A DNA stretch of 64,000 nt, from assembly GCA_963664815.2 (NCBI GenBank), contig CAXXHB010000003.1:416001-480000 (forward strand), given 5' to 3'. Positions 18,517 through 28,968 of this stretch are shown piece after piece. The translations under genes and the position numbers were made by a program. How positions within the stretch are numbered: position 1 is the stretch's first letter; each line of letters opens with the position of its first letter. The notes beneath the pieces are model-generated. The model saw only the letters and a program-made list of their open reading frames with translations, had not been told where the DNA came from and did no database searches. The stretch comes from Spirochaetota bacterium (GTDB taxonomy: Bacteria > Spirochaetota > UBA4802 > UBA5550).

Positions 18517-20076
18517 ATGAAAAATGATTCCGGGAAGAGTAAGAGTTCACAAAAAAAGATCAGGTTTGGCATAAGCCTTAAATTTTCTCTGGCGGTTATA
18601 ACCCTTGTTTCAGTTATTATTCTGACTATTGCTGTTTTTATTGTTTATCGGGAAAGCGATCTCCTGAAAGAGCAGGTTTTTACCTTTACCAAAAGGGAGA
18701 TCGTGCATCTTTCAAATACTGCCCAGCAGACAATCGGGTATGAGGAGCTTACGCTTTCGGATGCTGTTAATGAATTAAAGCGGATTCCTCACTACAGGTA
18801 TGTTTTTGTCCTGGGAAGCAATAATGAAGTACTTTATTATTTCGACAGAAGATTAACAGAAGGTGAAGTAAAGCATGAGGAGAGAAAACAGCTCAATGAC
18901 TCCATTGAGAGGAATCTTGAAAAAAGAAGTGATCCTGATCTCGTTGATGTTATTGATTACAACGATAAAATTTCAGGGGGGACAATTTATGATTTTACAA
19001 AAATTGTTTACAGCAGAGCTAACAGCAAGGTAAAGGCCGGAGTTGTTATTATCGGGATGTCAGATATTTTAATTCGTACTGAAATCGCGAAAATCAAAAA
19101 ACTTATCATGTTTATTTTCTTTGTTTACCTGGCAATTTCAATAGTCGGGGCAGTGATACTTTCCATGATTATTATCCGCCCTATCAAAAAAATTTCGCAT
19201 GGAGCGTCGGTTATAGGGCAGGGCGATTTTTCCTATAGAATTGAAGTTAACAGTTCGGATGAACTGGGGAGGCTTGCAGCTGAATTCAACCAGATGACCG
19301 AGATGATCCGTACTTCCAAAGAGAAAGAAATTGAAACCAGGATCATGAATGAACAGCTTGAAATAGCGCGTGATATACAGGAGGGTCTGAATCCCATGGG
19401 CTATTATAATAAGAACGGGATACAGATCAAAGGATCAACCAAAGCGGCTAAAGGAGTAGGGGGTGATTATTTCGATTATATTGACATTGATGAAAACAGG
19501 GTCTGCGCATTAATAAGCGATGTTTCCGGAAAGGGAGTCCCCGCATCTCTTGTAATGGTTATGATACGAACTGTATTTACATCCTATGTATCCAGAAAGG
19601 ACATTGATTGTGCCAGTGTAGTTACGGCAATAAATGACTCACTGAGCGCTGATTTTGCTATAGATAAATTTGCCACACTCTTTTTTATGATATACGACAG
19701 GGTTACAGGGGAGCTGTCTTTTTCAAATGCCGGGCATGGACCTCTTCTTTGCTACAGGGCTGCGCAGAATGCCTGTACCAGAACATCACTCGATGGAGTT
19801 CCCATAGGTATTATGGAGGAAGTGGATTATAAACAGGCTAAAGTAAAATTTAATCCTGGAGATATGATAATACTGTATACTGACGGTATTACCGAGATGA
19901 GGAATGCATCAAAAGAGGAGTATGGACTCCATCGGTTACATAAATTGATGCTGGAAAGTGCTCAGTTAAATGCGGCTGAATTTCTGGAACTTCTTATTAA
20001 TGATGTGGAAAATTTCAGAGGTGATACCCCTCCGCATGATGACACAACAGCCATGGTTTTTAAAAGGGAATATTAG
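18517..20076 (+). CDS. Membrane HAMP + SpoIIE/RsbU-type PP2C phosphatase
   Basis: 2 TM, HAMP (DELGRLAAEFNQM), VGGDYFD, SDVSGKG, YTDGITE, DDTT. Confidence 0.93.
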   Translation: MKNDSGKSKSSQKKIRFGISLKFSLAVITLVSVIILTIAVFIVYRESDLLKEQVFTFTKREIVHLSNTAQQTIGYEELTLSDAVNELKRIPHYRYVFVLGSNNEVLYYFDRRLTEGEVKHEERKQLNDSIERNLEKRSDPDLVDVIDYNDKISGGTIYDFTKIVYSRANSKVKAGVVIIGMSDILIRTEIAKIKKLIMFIFFVYLAISIVGAVILSMIIIRPIKKISHGASVIGQGDFSYRIEVNSSDELGRLAAEFNQMTEMIRTSKEKEIETRIMNEQLEIARDIQEGLNPMGYYNKNGIQIKGSTKAAKGVGGDYFDYIDIDENRVCALISDVSGKGVPASLVMVMIRTVFTSYVSRKDIDCASVVTAINDSLSADFAIDKFATLFFMIYDRVTGELSFSNAGHGPLLCYRAAQNACTRTSLDGVPIGIMEEVDYKQAKVKFNPGDMIILYTDGITEMRNASKEEYGLHRLHKLMLESAQLNAAEFLELLINDVENFRGDTPPHDDTTAMVFKREY

Positions 20077-20107
20077 GAGAGATAGTAAAAAAACATAATT
20101 TAAGATA

Positions 20108-20136
20108 AAAAAACCGGTTTTTAAAACCGGTTTTTC
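20108..20136. terminator. Bidirectional terminator between convergent genes
   Basis: AAAAAACCGGTTTTTAAAACCGGTTTTT palindromic stem. Confidence 0.7.
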
Positions 20137-20151
20137 TGTCTTAAATTAATG

Positions 20152-20475
20152 TTATAGAAGTTCATCTTCCGAGTCATAAATAGTAAAAAACTTATCAAGT
20201 GTAGCAAGCTTTAATATGTTCAATACATCATCATGAATATTCATAAGGGCAAATTTCCCGTTATGGGCTTTCATTTTTTTCATACCCGCAACAAGAGCAC
20301 CTATACCGGACGAATCCATATAGTTTACTTTTTTCATATCTACTATAACACTGGCGTGTTGACCATCAGTAATGCTGAAGAGCGCTTTTTTCAATTCGCT
20401 AACGTTATATAAATCGACTTCACCGCTTACATCGATTATCTTGTGTTCACCAATATCTCTAAAATCGATATTCAC
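20152..20475 (-). CDS. STAS anti-sigma-factor antagonist (RsbV/SpoIIAA-like)
   Basis: GEVDLY, YMDSSGIGAL phospho-Ser motif; GTG start with GGAGG RBS. Confidence 0.93.
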   Translation of the reverse strand: MNIDFRDIGEHKIIDVSGEVDLYNVSELKKALFSITDGQHASVIVDMKKVNYMDSSGIGALVAGMKKMKAHNGKFALMNIHDDVLNILKLATLDKFFTIYDSEDELL

Positions 20476-20574
20476 GAATTCCTCCGGATTTAATTATCAC
20501 CTATTTTTGGTATAACTGGGTTTTTTTGTAAAGTAATTATTTCGTTAATGTCTTCTGATTATTAAAATATTTTA

Positions 20575-20700
20575 TCAATAACAACTCCTGAACTTTTTAT
20601 AATAAAATATTCTATTTTCTCCCTCTTCAAAGGAGGCTGTGAGAATTAATCGTTTATTTTGCACTAAAATACAGGTTAAAGAAATAACGTTGATATTTTA
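20575..20700. repeat. Dispersed ~125-bp element, copy A
   Basis: TCAATA...CCTGAAC.TTTTATAAT...[hairpin]GAGA.TTAA..GTTTATTTT.CACTAAAATA shared with 30554-30680 and 43687-43812. Confidence 0.75.
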
Positions 20701-20717
20701 TATCAAATAAAAGTTTT

Positions 20718-22097
20718 TCATTTAGTGTCAATAAATAATTTATCAATAAATCCTGAAAGATCAAGGAAATTATTCACTTCTTTCATTTCTTTGCAGTAAT
20801 ATCCGTAAATTGAGGCTAAACTGTCATTCCAGTCCCATAAATGCTTTTTATCGGGATTGAGCCAGAAGAGATTTTTAGTCTTATCCCGTATTTTTTGAAA
20901 TGATTCTATACCTGCGTCGTTATTGTTATTTCTTGCGTCCCCAAGTATCAGTACAGATGTTTTTCTTGTCAGAGCATCACTATGATTTTCTATAAACTGG
21001 TCAAAGCATCTTCCGTAATTACTGCCCCAGCCATAAGTAAAATTAACGTCAGTGAACATTGAATTGATTGCTCTTTCCGGATCCATTTCTTTGAACAGAT
21101 CTGTTATTTCGACCATATTGCTGATAAAAGCAAAAGTTCTCACCTTGGAGAAAAGGCTCTGGAGACTGTATGTAAGAAGAAGCATAAAGTGTGAATACTG
21201 GTTTACTGATCTTGAAACATCAACCATTACTACAAGCTGCGGACGGTCAATTTTCCTTGTTTTGTAAAATAATTTAAAGGGAACACCCCCATACTGCATA
21301 TTTGTCCTGAAGGTTCTCTTTATATCAATTCCGCCATGTTTTACCCTTTTTTTTCTCAGAGAGATTCTGTTTTTAAGTTTCTGCCCAAACCTGTTGACGA
21401 TCTCTCTCATCTCCTTTATTTCCTGAGGTTTCAGCTGGTATATAAATTTATTCAGAAGGTAATCCTCTCTGTTTTTAAGAATTACTCCGATGTTTCTTTT
21501 TGATATTTTAAGGTTTATCAGGCTTTTAATCAGTGCCAGAAGCTCTTCAATATTTTTCTGATCAGATTCCCAGTTCTCGCTTCGGGAATAAAAAGATCCT
21601 GTGGCGCCTCCCCGTGAACGGAATATACCCATTCCGTCAGCCCCTCCGGAGGCATTCGATTCCGGGAGTTCATCCAGGAACATTTGCATTATCTCTTCAG
21701 ATGATTTTTCTATCAGTATTGCCGGGTCAAGGGTTTCAATAAATTTTTCAAGCTGGTTATTGATTTCATTCATGAAGTTGCCGGACATTTTTTCGGTAAA
21801 ATCCTGCAGGCTGTCACTGTCCATTCCGTCAAAAAACCGTTCGCGGCTGCTGAAGTATTCGTCGAAGCATTTGTCAAATACCGGGATGTCTGTAAATTCC
21901 TTTACAAGTGTTGTCTTGAGAGTCTGTCTGAAAATATCCTTTTCTGCAAGGTCTACCTCTGTAACGGCGTTAAACAGGGATATTACTTCATCAGCAGATA
22001 TTGTAATATTTGCATCGCGCAGAATTTCAATAAAGTCATAGAGCTTTGATGATATATAGCTCTGTTCATATTTCTTGTCTTTATCCATGGGGATCAT
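20718..22097 (-). CDS. VWA domain protein, CoxE-like
   Basis: MIDAS DVSRS, WGSNYG, ILGDARNN, WLNP; start set just after the upstream stop codon. Confidence 0.88.
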   Translation of the reverse strand: MIPMDKDKKYEQSYISSKLYDFIEILRDANITISADEVISLFNAVTEVDLAEKDIFRQTLKTTLVKEFTDIPVFDKCFDEYFSSRERFFDGMDSDSLQDFTEKMSGNFMNEINNQLEKFIETLDPAILIEKSSEEIMQMFLDELPESNASGGADGMGIFRSRGGATGSFYSRSENWESDQKNIEELLALIKSLINLKISKRNIGVILKNREDYLLNKFIYQLKPQEIKEMREIVNRFGQKLKNRISLRKKRVKHGGIDIKRTFRTNMQYGGVPFKLFYKTRKIDRPQLVVMVDVSRSVNQYSHFMLLLTYSLQSLFSKVRTFAFISNMVEITDLFKEMDPERAINSMFTDVNFTYGWGSNYGRCFDQFIENHSDALTRKTSVLILGDARNNNNDAGIESFQKIRDKTKNLFWLNPDKKHLWDWNDSLASIYGYYCKEMKEVNNFLDLSGFIDKLFIDTK

Positions 22098-22098
22098 G

Positions 22099-23007
22099 TC
22101 AGTTAAGAAAAACTTCTCTGGATTGGGATATGGCAAGCTGAATGTCCTTTTCATATTTAAGGATAAAATTCAGTGTTTCCATTGCTATAGCCGGGTCGAG
22201 ATCCTTGTAACCAAGGAGAACAAGCGCTTTGGCCCAGTCGAGGGTTTCGCTTATACTCGGTTCTTTTTTCAGCTGGAGCTTTCTTATTCTCTGGACTGTT
22301 TCGACAACCTGCCTTATCAGTCTGGGTCCGCTTTCCGGCACCTTAAGCGACACAATTTTTTCCTCAAGTTCAAGTGTAGGATAGTCAATATACAGGTGAA
22401 GGCATCTTCTTTTCAGCGCATCGGACATCTCTCTTGCACTGTTTGATGTGAGAAAAACGAAGGGTTTTATATCAGTTTTAAATGTTCCAAGCTCCGGGAT
22501 TGTCACCTGGAAATCGGAGAGTACCTCAAGGAGAAATGCCTCAAACTCGGAATCAGATTTGTCAATTTCATCAATTAGAAGTACCGACCTTCTGTTATTG
22601 GTTATAGATTTTAGTATTGGCCTGGGGATCAGAAAATTCTCGGAAAAAAATACATCTTCTGTTGATGTAAGCTTTGTGATAGCCCCCTGAAGCGTATCCT
22701 CCGACCCCATTATTTCAGAAAGCTTGTCTTTTAATATCTGTGTATAGAGAAGCTGTTTGGCATACTCCCATTCATAGAGGGCTTTCGATTCATCAAGACC
22801 TTCATAGCACTGCATTCTTATAAGATCGATATTCAGCGCGGAGGCAATGCACTTTGCCAGTTCGGTCTTTCCAACTCCGGCTGGACCTTCTACCAGAACC
22901 GGTTTTTCAAGCTTCAGGGCAAGATAAACTGTTGTGGCAATCTCTTTGGAAGCGATGTATTTTGCTTTTTCCAGCTCTATTATTGCCTGTTCCACACTTG
23001 TAAACAT
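22099..23007 (-). CDS. MoxR-family AAA+ ATPase (CoxD-like)
   Basis: Walker A GPAGVGKT, QCYEGLD, Walker B LLIDEIDK, DALKRRC. Confidence 0.93.
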   Translation of the reverse strand: MFTSVEQAIIELEKAKYIASKEIATTVYLALKLEKPVLVEGPAGVGKTELAKCIASALNIDLIRMQCYEGLDESKALYEWEYAKQLLYTQILKDKLSEIMGSEDTLQGAITKLTSTEDVFFSENFLIPRPILKSITNNRRSVLLIDEIDKSDSEFEAFLLEVLSDFQVTIPELGTFKTDIKPFVFLTSNSAREMSDALKRRCLHLYIDYPTLELEEKIVSLKVPESGPRLIRQVVETVQRIRKLQLKKEPSISETLDWAKALVLLGYKDLDPAIAMETLNFILKYEKDIQLAISQSREVFLN

Positions 23008-23130
23008 AACTGCACCATTTTTTTTTTATTTTCCCGGCAGTAATTTCTGAATAAGCTTAAGTCTTTACTACCGGTTTTTCAACAAGATATTCATTATCAT
23101 TTTTTTCAAGAAATAAATAGGTTTTTCGTT

Positions 23131-24081
23131 TTAACCTTTAAGGGAATCAAACAGAAAAAGATCTCTGAGCTTAACTTTTTCTGTTTCAGGGAGAATATGT
23201 TCAGCTTTTATATATGCTTTTTTAAATATGTCTATTAAAGGGAAAAGTTTGTTAAGCCCGATATTTTCAGTCTCTATCCTGTCATTATAGACTGCCTCAT
23301 CGATCTGTTTTGCAACAGATACAGACTGCATTTCAATAAGAGACTGAATATCTCCTGTTGGAGATAGCTCAATTCCCTGCAGGAATAATGATTTTTCGGC
23401 ATATAGCAGGAATGACAGAAAAGACTCAAGAATCAAAGCCCTTTCAAGTATTCCGTATTTCTTGATCATGCGCCGGGTAAATGCAGGATCTATGCGGGGT
23501 ACCTGGAAATTCTGAACCGCAGTATCCTTTAATACAAGTTTCGTATGGCTGACGCTCTTCATAATGGGTAGTTCAAGTTCCGGGAGTGAGTCTGCAGGTA
23601 ATTCTGCAGTATTTATTACAGCCATGCGGCTGATTTTTTCGTCTCCCGGCATACGGCATGTTACAAACATCATGCCTGAGTTTTTACCCGCTGTAATGAA
23701 TTTTTTCTCTCCATTAAGAAGATACCCTCCGGCGGTTTTCGAGAGAACAACCGGTTCTTTTGGACTCTCTGAATGAGCAAGGGCACATAGTGAATTTTGG
23801 TTTATTTTTCCCAGCATTAAAGACAGATCTTCATCATCTTCGGATTTCAGGATTATTTCATTCAGGATGGGCCTTGTCAGTGTAGCCTGTACTATCCATA
23901 AAACTGACAGCCCCAGATCGCCTGTTTCTCCGGCAATTATTACAGATGGCCTGCCGGTTCTGTAGAGTTTTATATCCGGGTTGAACTTTTCTGACAGTCT
24001 GAACCAGACTTTTTTCTGTTCATGTATATCAGATATTCTTTGAAGATGAGTCGATTTGATCAGTTCCAGAAGTTCTGTCAT
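23131..24081 (-). CDS. Degenerate acyl-CoA dehydrogenase-like protein (middle domain recognisable)
   Basis: ALAHSE and YLLNGEKKFIT motifs; other ACAD motifs missing. Confidence 0.6.
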   Translation of the reverse strand: MTELLELIKSTHLQRISDIHEQKKVWFRLSEKFNPDIKLYRTGRPSVIIAGETGDLGLSVLWIVQATLTRPILNEIILKSEDDEDLSLMLGKINQNSLCALAHSESPKEPVVLSKTAGGYLLNGEKKFITAGKNSGMMFVTCRMPGDEKISRMAVINTAELPADSLPELELPIMKSVSHTKLVLKDTAVQNFQVPRIDPAFTRRMIKKYGILERALILESFLSFLLYAEKSLFLQGIELSPTGDIQSLIEMQSVSVAKQIDEAVYNDRIETENIGLNKLFPLIDIFKKAYIKAEHILPETEKVKLRDLFLFDSLKG

Positions 24082-24233
24082 GATGTTCCCTTTATTATCA
24101 GAGAGTATATTTTATGACATAAGTCAAGTGATGTATTTAATCTGTTAAAATAAAAATTATATTGTATTATATTAAGTATCTGCGTCTTTCACTAAATAAA
24201 TGAGGCATTCATATATTCTCACATAATCCGGAT

Positions 24234-25460
24234 TCAGTTCTTTGAAATTTTTCTGCTTTTTCTGTTTCTTAATAAAGATTCCACTTTAAGCGGCAACCCG
24301 TAAATGTTAAGAAAGCCGGTTGCATCCTTCTGATCGTAAAGCGTGCTGGCATCGAATGTTGCAATATCCGGTTCATAAAGGGTATCTTCAGATTTCCTTC
24401 CGACCAGTGTGCAGTTGCCTTTATATAGTTTAAGCCTTACTACTCCATTAACATATTCCTGAGTTTTGTTTATCAGCGCGTCCAGGGCCTCCCGCTTTCT
24501 CGAAAACCACAAACCGTTGTAGATAAGACGTGAGTACTCATTGGCAAGATCATCCTTGAAATGCTGGGTATCCCGGTCAAGTGTAATGGATTCAAGATCG
24601 CGATGCGCAGTCATGAGAACGGTTCCTGCCGGGGTTTCATATACTCCGCGGGATTTTATTCCCACAAGCCTGTTCTCCACTATATCCACCCGGCCGATAC
24701 CGTTTTCTCCGGCGATTTTATTAAGCTTTTTCATCAATTCAACGGGTGAAAGTTTTTTCCCGTCAATTGCAACAGGTTCACCTTTTCTGAATTCAATTTC
24801 TATATAGAGAGGTTTGTCGGGAGCTTTCTCAGGCGATTTTGTAAGGAGGAACATGCTTTCGTCAGGTTCCCTGTAGGGGTTTTCAAGGATACCCCCTTCA
24901 TAAGATATGTGGAGGATGTTCCTGTCCATGCTGTAAGGCTTGTCCTTGGTTACCGGAAGGGGGATGTTGTGTTTTTCAGCATAATCAAAAAGCTTCGATC
25001 TTGAGTCAAGTTCCCATTCCCTCCATGGCGCGATTATTTTAAGGTCCGGAGCAAGGGATTTAAATGCCATTTCGAATCTTACCTGATCATTGCCTTTGCC
25101 GGTTGCGCCATGGCAGACCGCATCAGCTTTCTCTTTTCTTGCGATTTCTATCTGGCGTTTCGCTATTACCGGTCGGGCAAGTGAAGTGCCGAGGAGGTAT
25201 CTGTCCTCGTAAATTGCATTGGCCTTAATTGCCTGGAATATATATTCTGTTACAAATTCTTCTGTAAGGTCTTCGATATAGCATTTACTTGCACCGGTTT
25301 TTTTTGCTTTTTCCTTAAGCCCTGTCAGTTCCTCTTCCTGGCCGATATTGGCAGCATAGGCTATTACCTCGCAGTTATATGTTTCTGTCAGCCATTTGAG
25401 GATAATTGAAGTATCAAGTCCCCCTGAATATGCAAGTACAACTTTTTTTATTTTATTCAT
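24234..25460 (-). CDS. argG: Argininosuccinate synthase
   Basis: [40 protein letters not shown]; ATG 25460 with AGGAG RBS. Confidence 0.98.
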   Translation of the reverse strand: MNKIKKVVLAYSGGLDTSIILKWLTETYNCEVIAYAANIGQEEELTGLKEKAKKTGASKCYIEDLTEEFVTEYIFQAIKANAIYEDRYLLGTSLARPVIAKRQIEIARKEKADAVCHGATGKGNDQVRFEMAFKSLAPDLKIIAPWREWELDSRSKLFDYAEKHNIPLPVTKDKPYSMDRNILHISYEGGILENPYREPDESMFLLTKSPEKAPDKPLYIEIEFRKGEPVAIDGKKLSPVELMKKLNKIAGENGIGRVDIVENRLVGIKSRGVYETPAGTVLMTAHRDLESITLDRDTQHFKDDLANEYSRLIYNGLWFSRKREALDALINKTQEYVNGVVRLKLYKGNCTLVGRKSEDTLYEPDIATFDASTLYDQKDATGFLNIYGLPLKVESLLRNRKSRKISKN

Positions 25461-25573
25461 TTTTAGTCTTCTCCTGAATTGTATTCCTTTTATGTTTATG
25501 TATTTTTTTCTCACCATCCGCCCGTCGGGCACCTTCCCCCATAAGAGATGGGGGAGGCTTTTAACAAAAGTAA

Positions 25574-26515
25574 TTATTTTCCCATCAACGCACAGAGAAC
25601 CGCTTTCTGGCAGTGTAGTCTGTTCTCAGCCTGGTCAAATACAATAGAGTGCCTTCCGTCCATAACCTCATCTGTTATCTCTTCACCCCGGTGAGCCGGG
25701 AGACAGTGTAAAACTTTTGTGTCTTTGCCGGTTTTCTTTATCAGGTCCATATCAACCCTGAATTTTGAAAAAATCTTTTTCTTCTGGGCGGCCTCTTTTT
25801 CCTGGCCCATACTTACCCATACATCTGTATAAATATAATCGGCTCCTTCAACGGCCTTGGCTATGTCGTTCGTTATTACAATTTTTGAGTATGAGTTGGC
25901 TGCGAGTTTATATGCTTTTTCGATTACCTCCATTTCGGGCTCGAATTTTTTCGGGCACGCCACTGTTATATCTGTGCCGAGTATCGCAGCGCCGATCAGC
26001 AGTGAGTTTGCAACATTATTTCCGTCACCTATGTAGGTTAGTTTAACCTTGGAGATATCCTTCTCCCTCTCAAATATTGTGAAATAGTCCGCAAGGGCCT
26101 GGCATGGATGATAAGAGTCCGTGAGGCCATTAACAACAGGGATATCCGCATATTTAGCCAGTTCTACAACTTTCTGATGTGCAAATGTTCTTATCATAAT
26201 TCCGTCGTTGTATCTTGACAGTACTCTGGCGGTGTCGGCAATGGTTTCTCCGCGGCCCAGCTGAATTTCGCTGCTGCTGAGAAAGAGTGCATGCCCTCCA
26301 AGCTGAAGCATCCCGGTTTCAAAAGAAACTCTTGTCCTTGTCGAGTTTTTTTCAAAAATCATCGCGAGAGTTTTATTCTCCAGCACTCTGGAAAATTTTC
26401 CCTGTTTAACTTCTTTTTTCAGTGTTGCTGAACAAGCGAAGAGTCTGAATATATCATCTCTCGTAAGATCCGCCAGTGTGAGGAAATCTTCAGCGCTGAT
26501 TCGAGGTATTTTCAT
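25574..26515 (-). CDS. argF: Ornithine carbamoyltransferase
   Basis: [29 protein letters not shown]. Confidence 0.97.
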   Translation of the reverse strand: MKIPRISAEDFLTLADLTRDDIFRLFACSATLKKEVKQGKFSRVLENKTLAMIFEKNSTRTRVSFETGMLQLGGHALFLSSSEIQLGRGETIADTARVLSRYNDGIMIRTFAHQKVVELAKYADIPVVNGLTDSYHPCQALADYFTIFEREKDISKVKLTYIGDGNNVANSLLIGAAILGTDITVACPKKFEPEMEVIEKAYKLAANSYSKIVITNDIAKAVEGADYIYTDVWVSMGQEKEAAQKKKIFSKFRVDMDLIKKTGKDTKVLHCLPAHRGEEITDEVMDGRHSIVFDQAENRLHCQKAVLCALMGK

Positions 26516-27728
26516 ATGATTCACCATTCTTTAATATTAATTTTTCCAGAATATCCATCCCCTCATCAACTGTTTTTATATCAATCGTAAGAGGGGGCAT
26601 TATTCTGATAACGTTACCTGCAGTGCAGTTAATTACAAGCTTTTCATTGAGGGCATCTTTCACAAGCTGTTTTCCCTCTTCGGCAATTTCCACCCCTATA
26701 TGTAAACCCAGGCCTCTCAGGCTCTTGATGTATCCGGTCTTCTGCTTGATCTTTTTAAGTCTTTCAAAGATCTGCATTGATGAAGTGTTGACAGATGACA
26801 GGAATTGCTTCTTTTTCACCTCGTTGAGTACGGCTGATGCAGCGGCACATGCGAGATGATTTCCACCGAAAGTTGTACCGTGGGATCCATAAGGGAAATG
26901 TTCGGCAAGAAAGTTTTTCGCATGAATTGCGCCTACGGGGATTCCCCCCCCCAGGCCTTTCGCAAGCGTAAGAATATCGGGTGTTACATTAAAATGCTGA
27001 TGTACATAGGTTTTTCCTGTTCTCCCGATTCCGGTCTGAACTTCATCTATTATTGTGAGGATCCCTCTCTGGTTGCAGGTCTCAAAAATCTCTTTTACAA
27101 AATCGGCATCGGCTACATTAATACCGCTCTCCCCCTGTATAAGCTCCAGCATTACTGCGGCAATATACCTGTCGTGTTTTAATATTTTCCTTATGGCCTT
27201 TTTATTGTTATACGGAGCGTATATGAAACCGGGTACAATAGGCCCGAAACCCTCATGAATTTTTGTCTGGGCAGTTGCCGACATTGCGCCGAAAGTCCTT
27301 CCGTGGAATGACCCGGAAAAGGTAACTATTTTGAACTTTTTTTTATGTATGCTGAGTCCGTAACGCCTCGCAAGCTTTATCGCCGCCTCGTTTGCCTCTG
27401 CACCGCTGTTTACAAAAAGTGTTTTCCCGGGAAATGACGTTTCCGATACAAGCCGGGCAGCATCAATCTGTTCCTGGTTTAAAAACAGGTTTGAGGAGTG
27501 AATGATTTTATCAACCTGGCTGTGAAGAGCTTTCTGCAGCGGCTGGTTTGAATAACCAAGTGAGGACACGGCAATACCTGATAAAAAGTCGACATATTTT
27601 TTATTGTCCTGGTCGTAGAGGTATGAACCGTCACCCTTGATGAACGATACCGGCAGCCTTTCCCCGTAATTCTGGAAAAGGTATTCCTTGTCATCGGAAA
27701 TGATTTTTGCAAGTTTTGATGAACCCAA
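26490..27728 (-). CDS. argD: Acetylornithine aminotransferase
   Basis: NSGAEANE, SFHGRT, IDEVQTGIGRTG, LAKGLGGG; operon with argF and argG; probable TTG start with GGAG RBS. Confidence 0.93.
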   Translation of the reverse strand: MGSSKLAKIISDDKEYLFQNYGERLPVSFIKGDGSYLYDQDNKKYVDFLSGIAVSSLGYSNQPLQKALHSQVDKIIHSSNLFLNQEQIDAARLVSETSFPGKTLFVNSGAEANEAAIKLARRYGLSIHKKKFKIVTFSGSFHGRTFGAMSATAQTKIHEGFGPIVPGFIYAPYNNKKAIRKILKHDRYIAAVMLELIQGESGINVADADFVKEIFETCNQRGILTIIDEVQTGIGRTGKTYVHQHFNVTPDILTLAKGLGGGIPVGAIHAKNFLAEHFPYGSHGTTFGGNHLACAAASAVLNEVKKKQFLSSVNTSSMQIFERLKKIKQKTGYIKSLRGLGLHIGVEIAEEGKQLVKDALNEKLVINCTAGNVIRIMPPLTIDIKTVDEGMDILEKLILKNGESYENTSNQR

Positions 27729-27968
27729 TGTTTTACTCCATTTTATAAAGTTATCGGGCGGCCGCAACCCGTATTTATGCTGAAAACGGATTTTTGATGC
27801 CGCAGGTTCCGGGATGAAAAAGATGAAACGCCCCTGACTCTGTTAAAGATAATAACCAAATCTATCTCAAGGCAACCCTGAACTGTCTTTTGATGGAAAA
27901 ACTTAAAACTCCTGCTCTCCTCCGGGTGCGGGAGTTTTCTTTATCAACATTATATTTATAAAGTATTG

Positions 27969-27992
27969 GTTAAATCAGGATTTAACTGTCAA
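27969..27992 (-). promoter_or_regulatory. -35 TTGACA with an adjacent palindrome upstream of argDFG
   Basis: GTTAAATC-AG-GATTTAAC (27969-27986) abuts TGTCAA (TTGACA on the - strand). Confidence 0.5.
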
Positions 27993-28080
27993 TTATAAAA
28001 AAACAGTTAATATTTTACACCAGGTTTTTTATCATATTAGAAATAATGGAAGATTGCTTTAATATTGCATGAAAACAGGG

Positions 28081-28797
28081 TTAGTCATCTGCATTATCCT
28101 CAGGGGTGAATTTAAGTTCTTTATTTAATATTCCTATGGCGAATTCACCTTTTTCAGTCAGTTTATCAATAACCAGGTTCATGCTGTCTGAGTTGAAATT
28201 TATGTATTCCTCAAACTTTTTTGTCATCTCTCTTCCTATTACAATTTCCTTCCCGGGGAAAACCTCACCGATATCTTTAAGAGTTTTCTTTATTCTGTGA
28301 GGGGATTCATATATAATAATAATCCCTTCATGAGTCTTAAGTCTGTTGAGTTCATTTACCCTCTTTCCCGGCTTTTTGCTGAGGAATCCTCCGAAGAGAA
28401 CGGTTTTTTCAGGGAATCCGGAAATGGAAACAAGGGTGGTAAGAGCCGATACACCAGGGACAGGAATTACGTTTATACCCTCCTTCCTTGCCATGAATAC
28501 GATTTTACTGCCGGGATCGGATAGTCCCGGGGTCCCCGAATCGGTCATATATCCGGTATTAATACCGCTTTTTACTTCATCAATGAGTGATAATATCTTT
28601 CTGTCGTCCGAGTGCATATGCAGGGATCGGAGGGGTTTGTTTATACCGTGATACGATAGAATACGTGCCGTCTGGCGGGTGTCTTCACAGTATAATATTT
28701 CCACTGTTTCTTTCAGAATCTGCAGCGCCCTGAGAGTTATATCGTCAGGGTTTCCTATAGGCGCTGCAATGATGTATAGAGATGCTGTGACGGACAT
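28081..28797 (-). CDS. rsmI: 16S rRNA (cytidine1402-2'-O)-methyltransferase
   Basis: PIGNPDDITLRA, CEDTR, DSGTPGLSDPG, YESPHR, REMTKKFEE. Confidence 0.95.
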   Translation of the reverse strand: MSVTASLYIIAAPIGNPDDITLRALQILKETVEILYCEDTRQTARILSYHGINKPLRSLHMHSDDRKILSLIDEVKSGINTGYMTDSGTPGLSDPGSKIVFMARKEGINVIPVPGVSALTTLVSISGFPEKTVLFGGFLSKKPGKRVNELNRLKTHEGIIIIYESPHRIKKTLKDIGEVFPGKEIVIGREMTKKFEEYINFNSDSMNLVIDKLTEKGEFAIGILNKELKFTPEDNADD

Positions 28798-28968
28798 ATT
28801 TCTTTCCTGTATAAACCGGGATTTGTCCCTGCCGGAATATTTATTGCGGCGGGACTGTGATGTACTTTTTCAGATTAACTGCCTGCTTATTTCTGGCAAT
28901 GCTTTTTTCATATTTATTTAACCGGAAGATCCTGTAACAGTCAGCCCTTCATTTAATAATTCAATTAA

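Noticed and set aside
26944-26952. C9 homopolymer in argD as a phase-variation tract
   Set aside because: Encodes the conserved LGGG motif in frame
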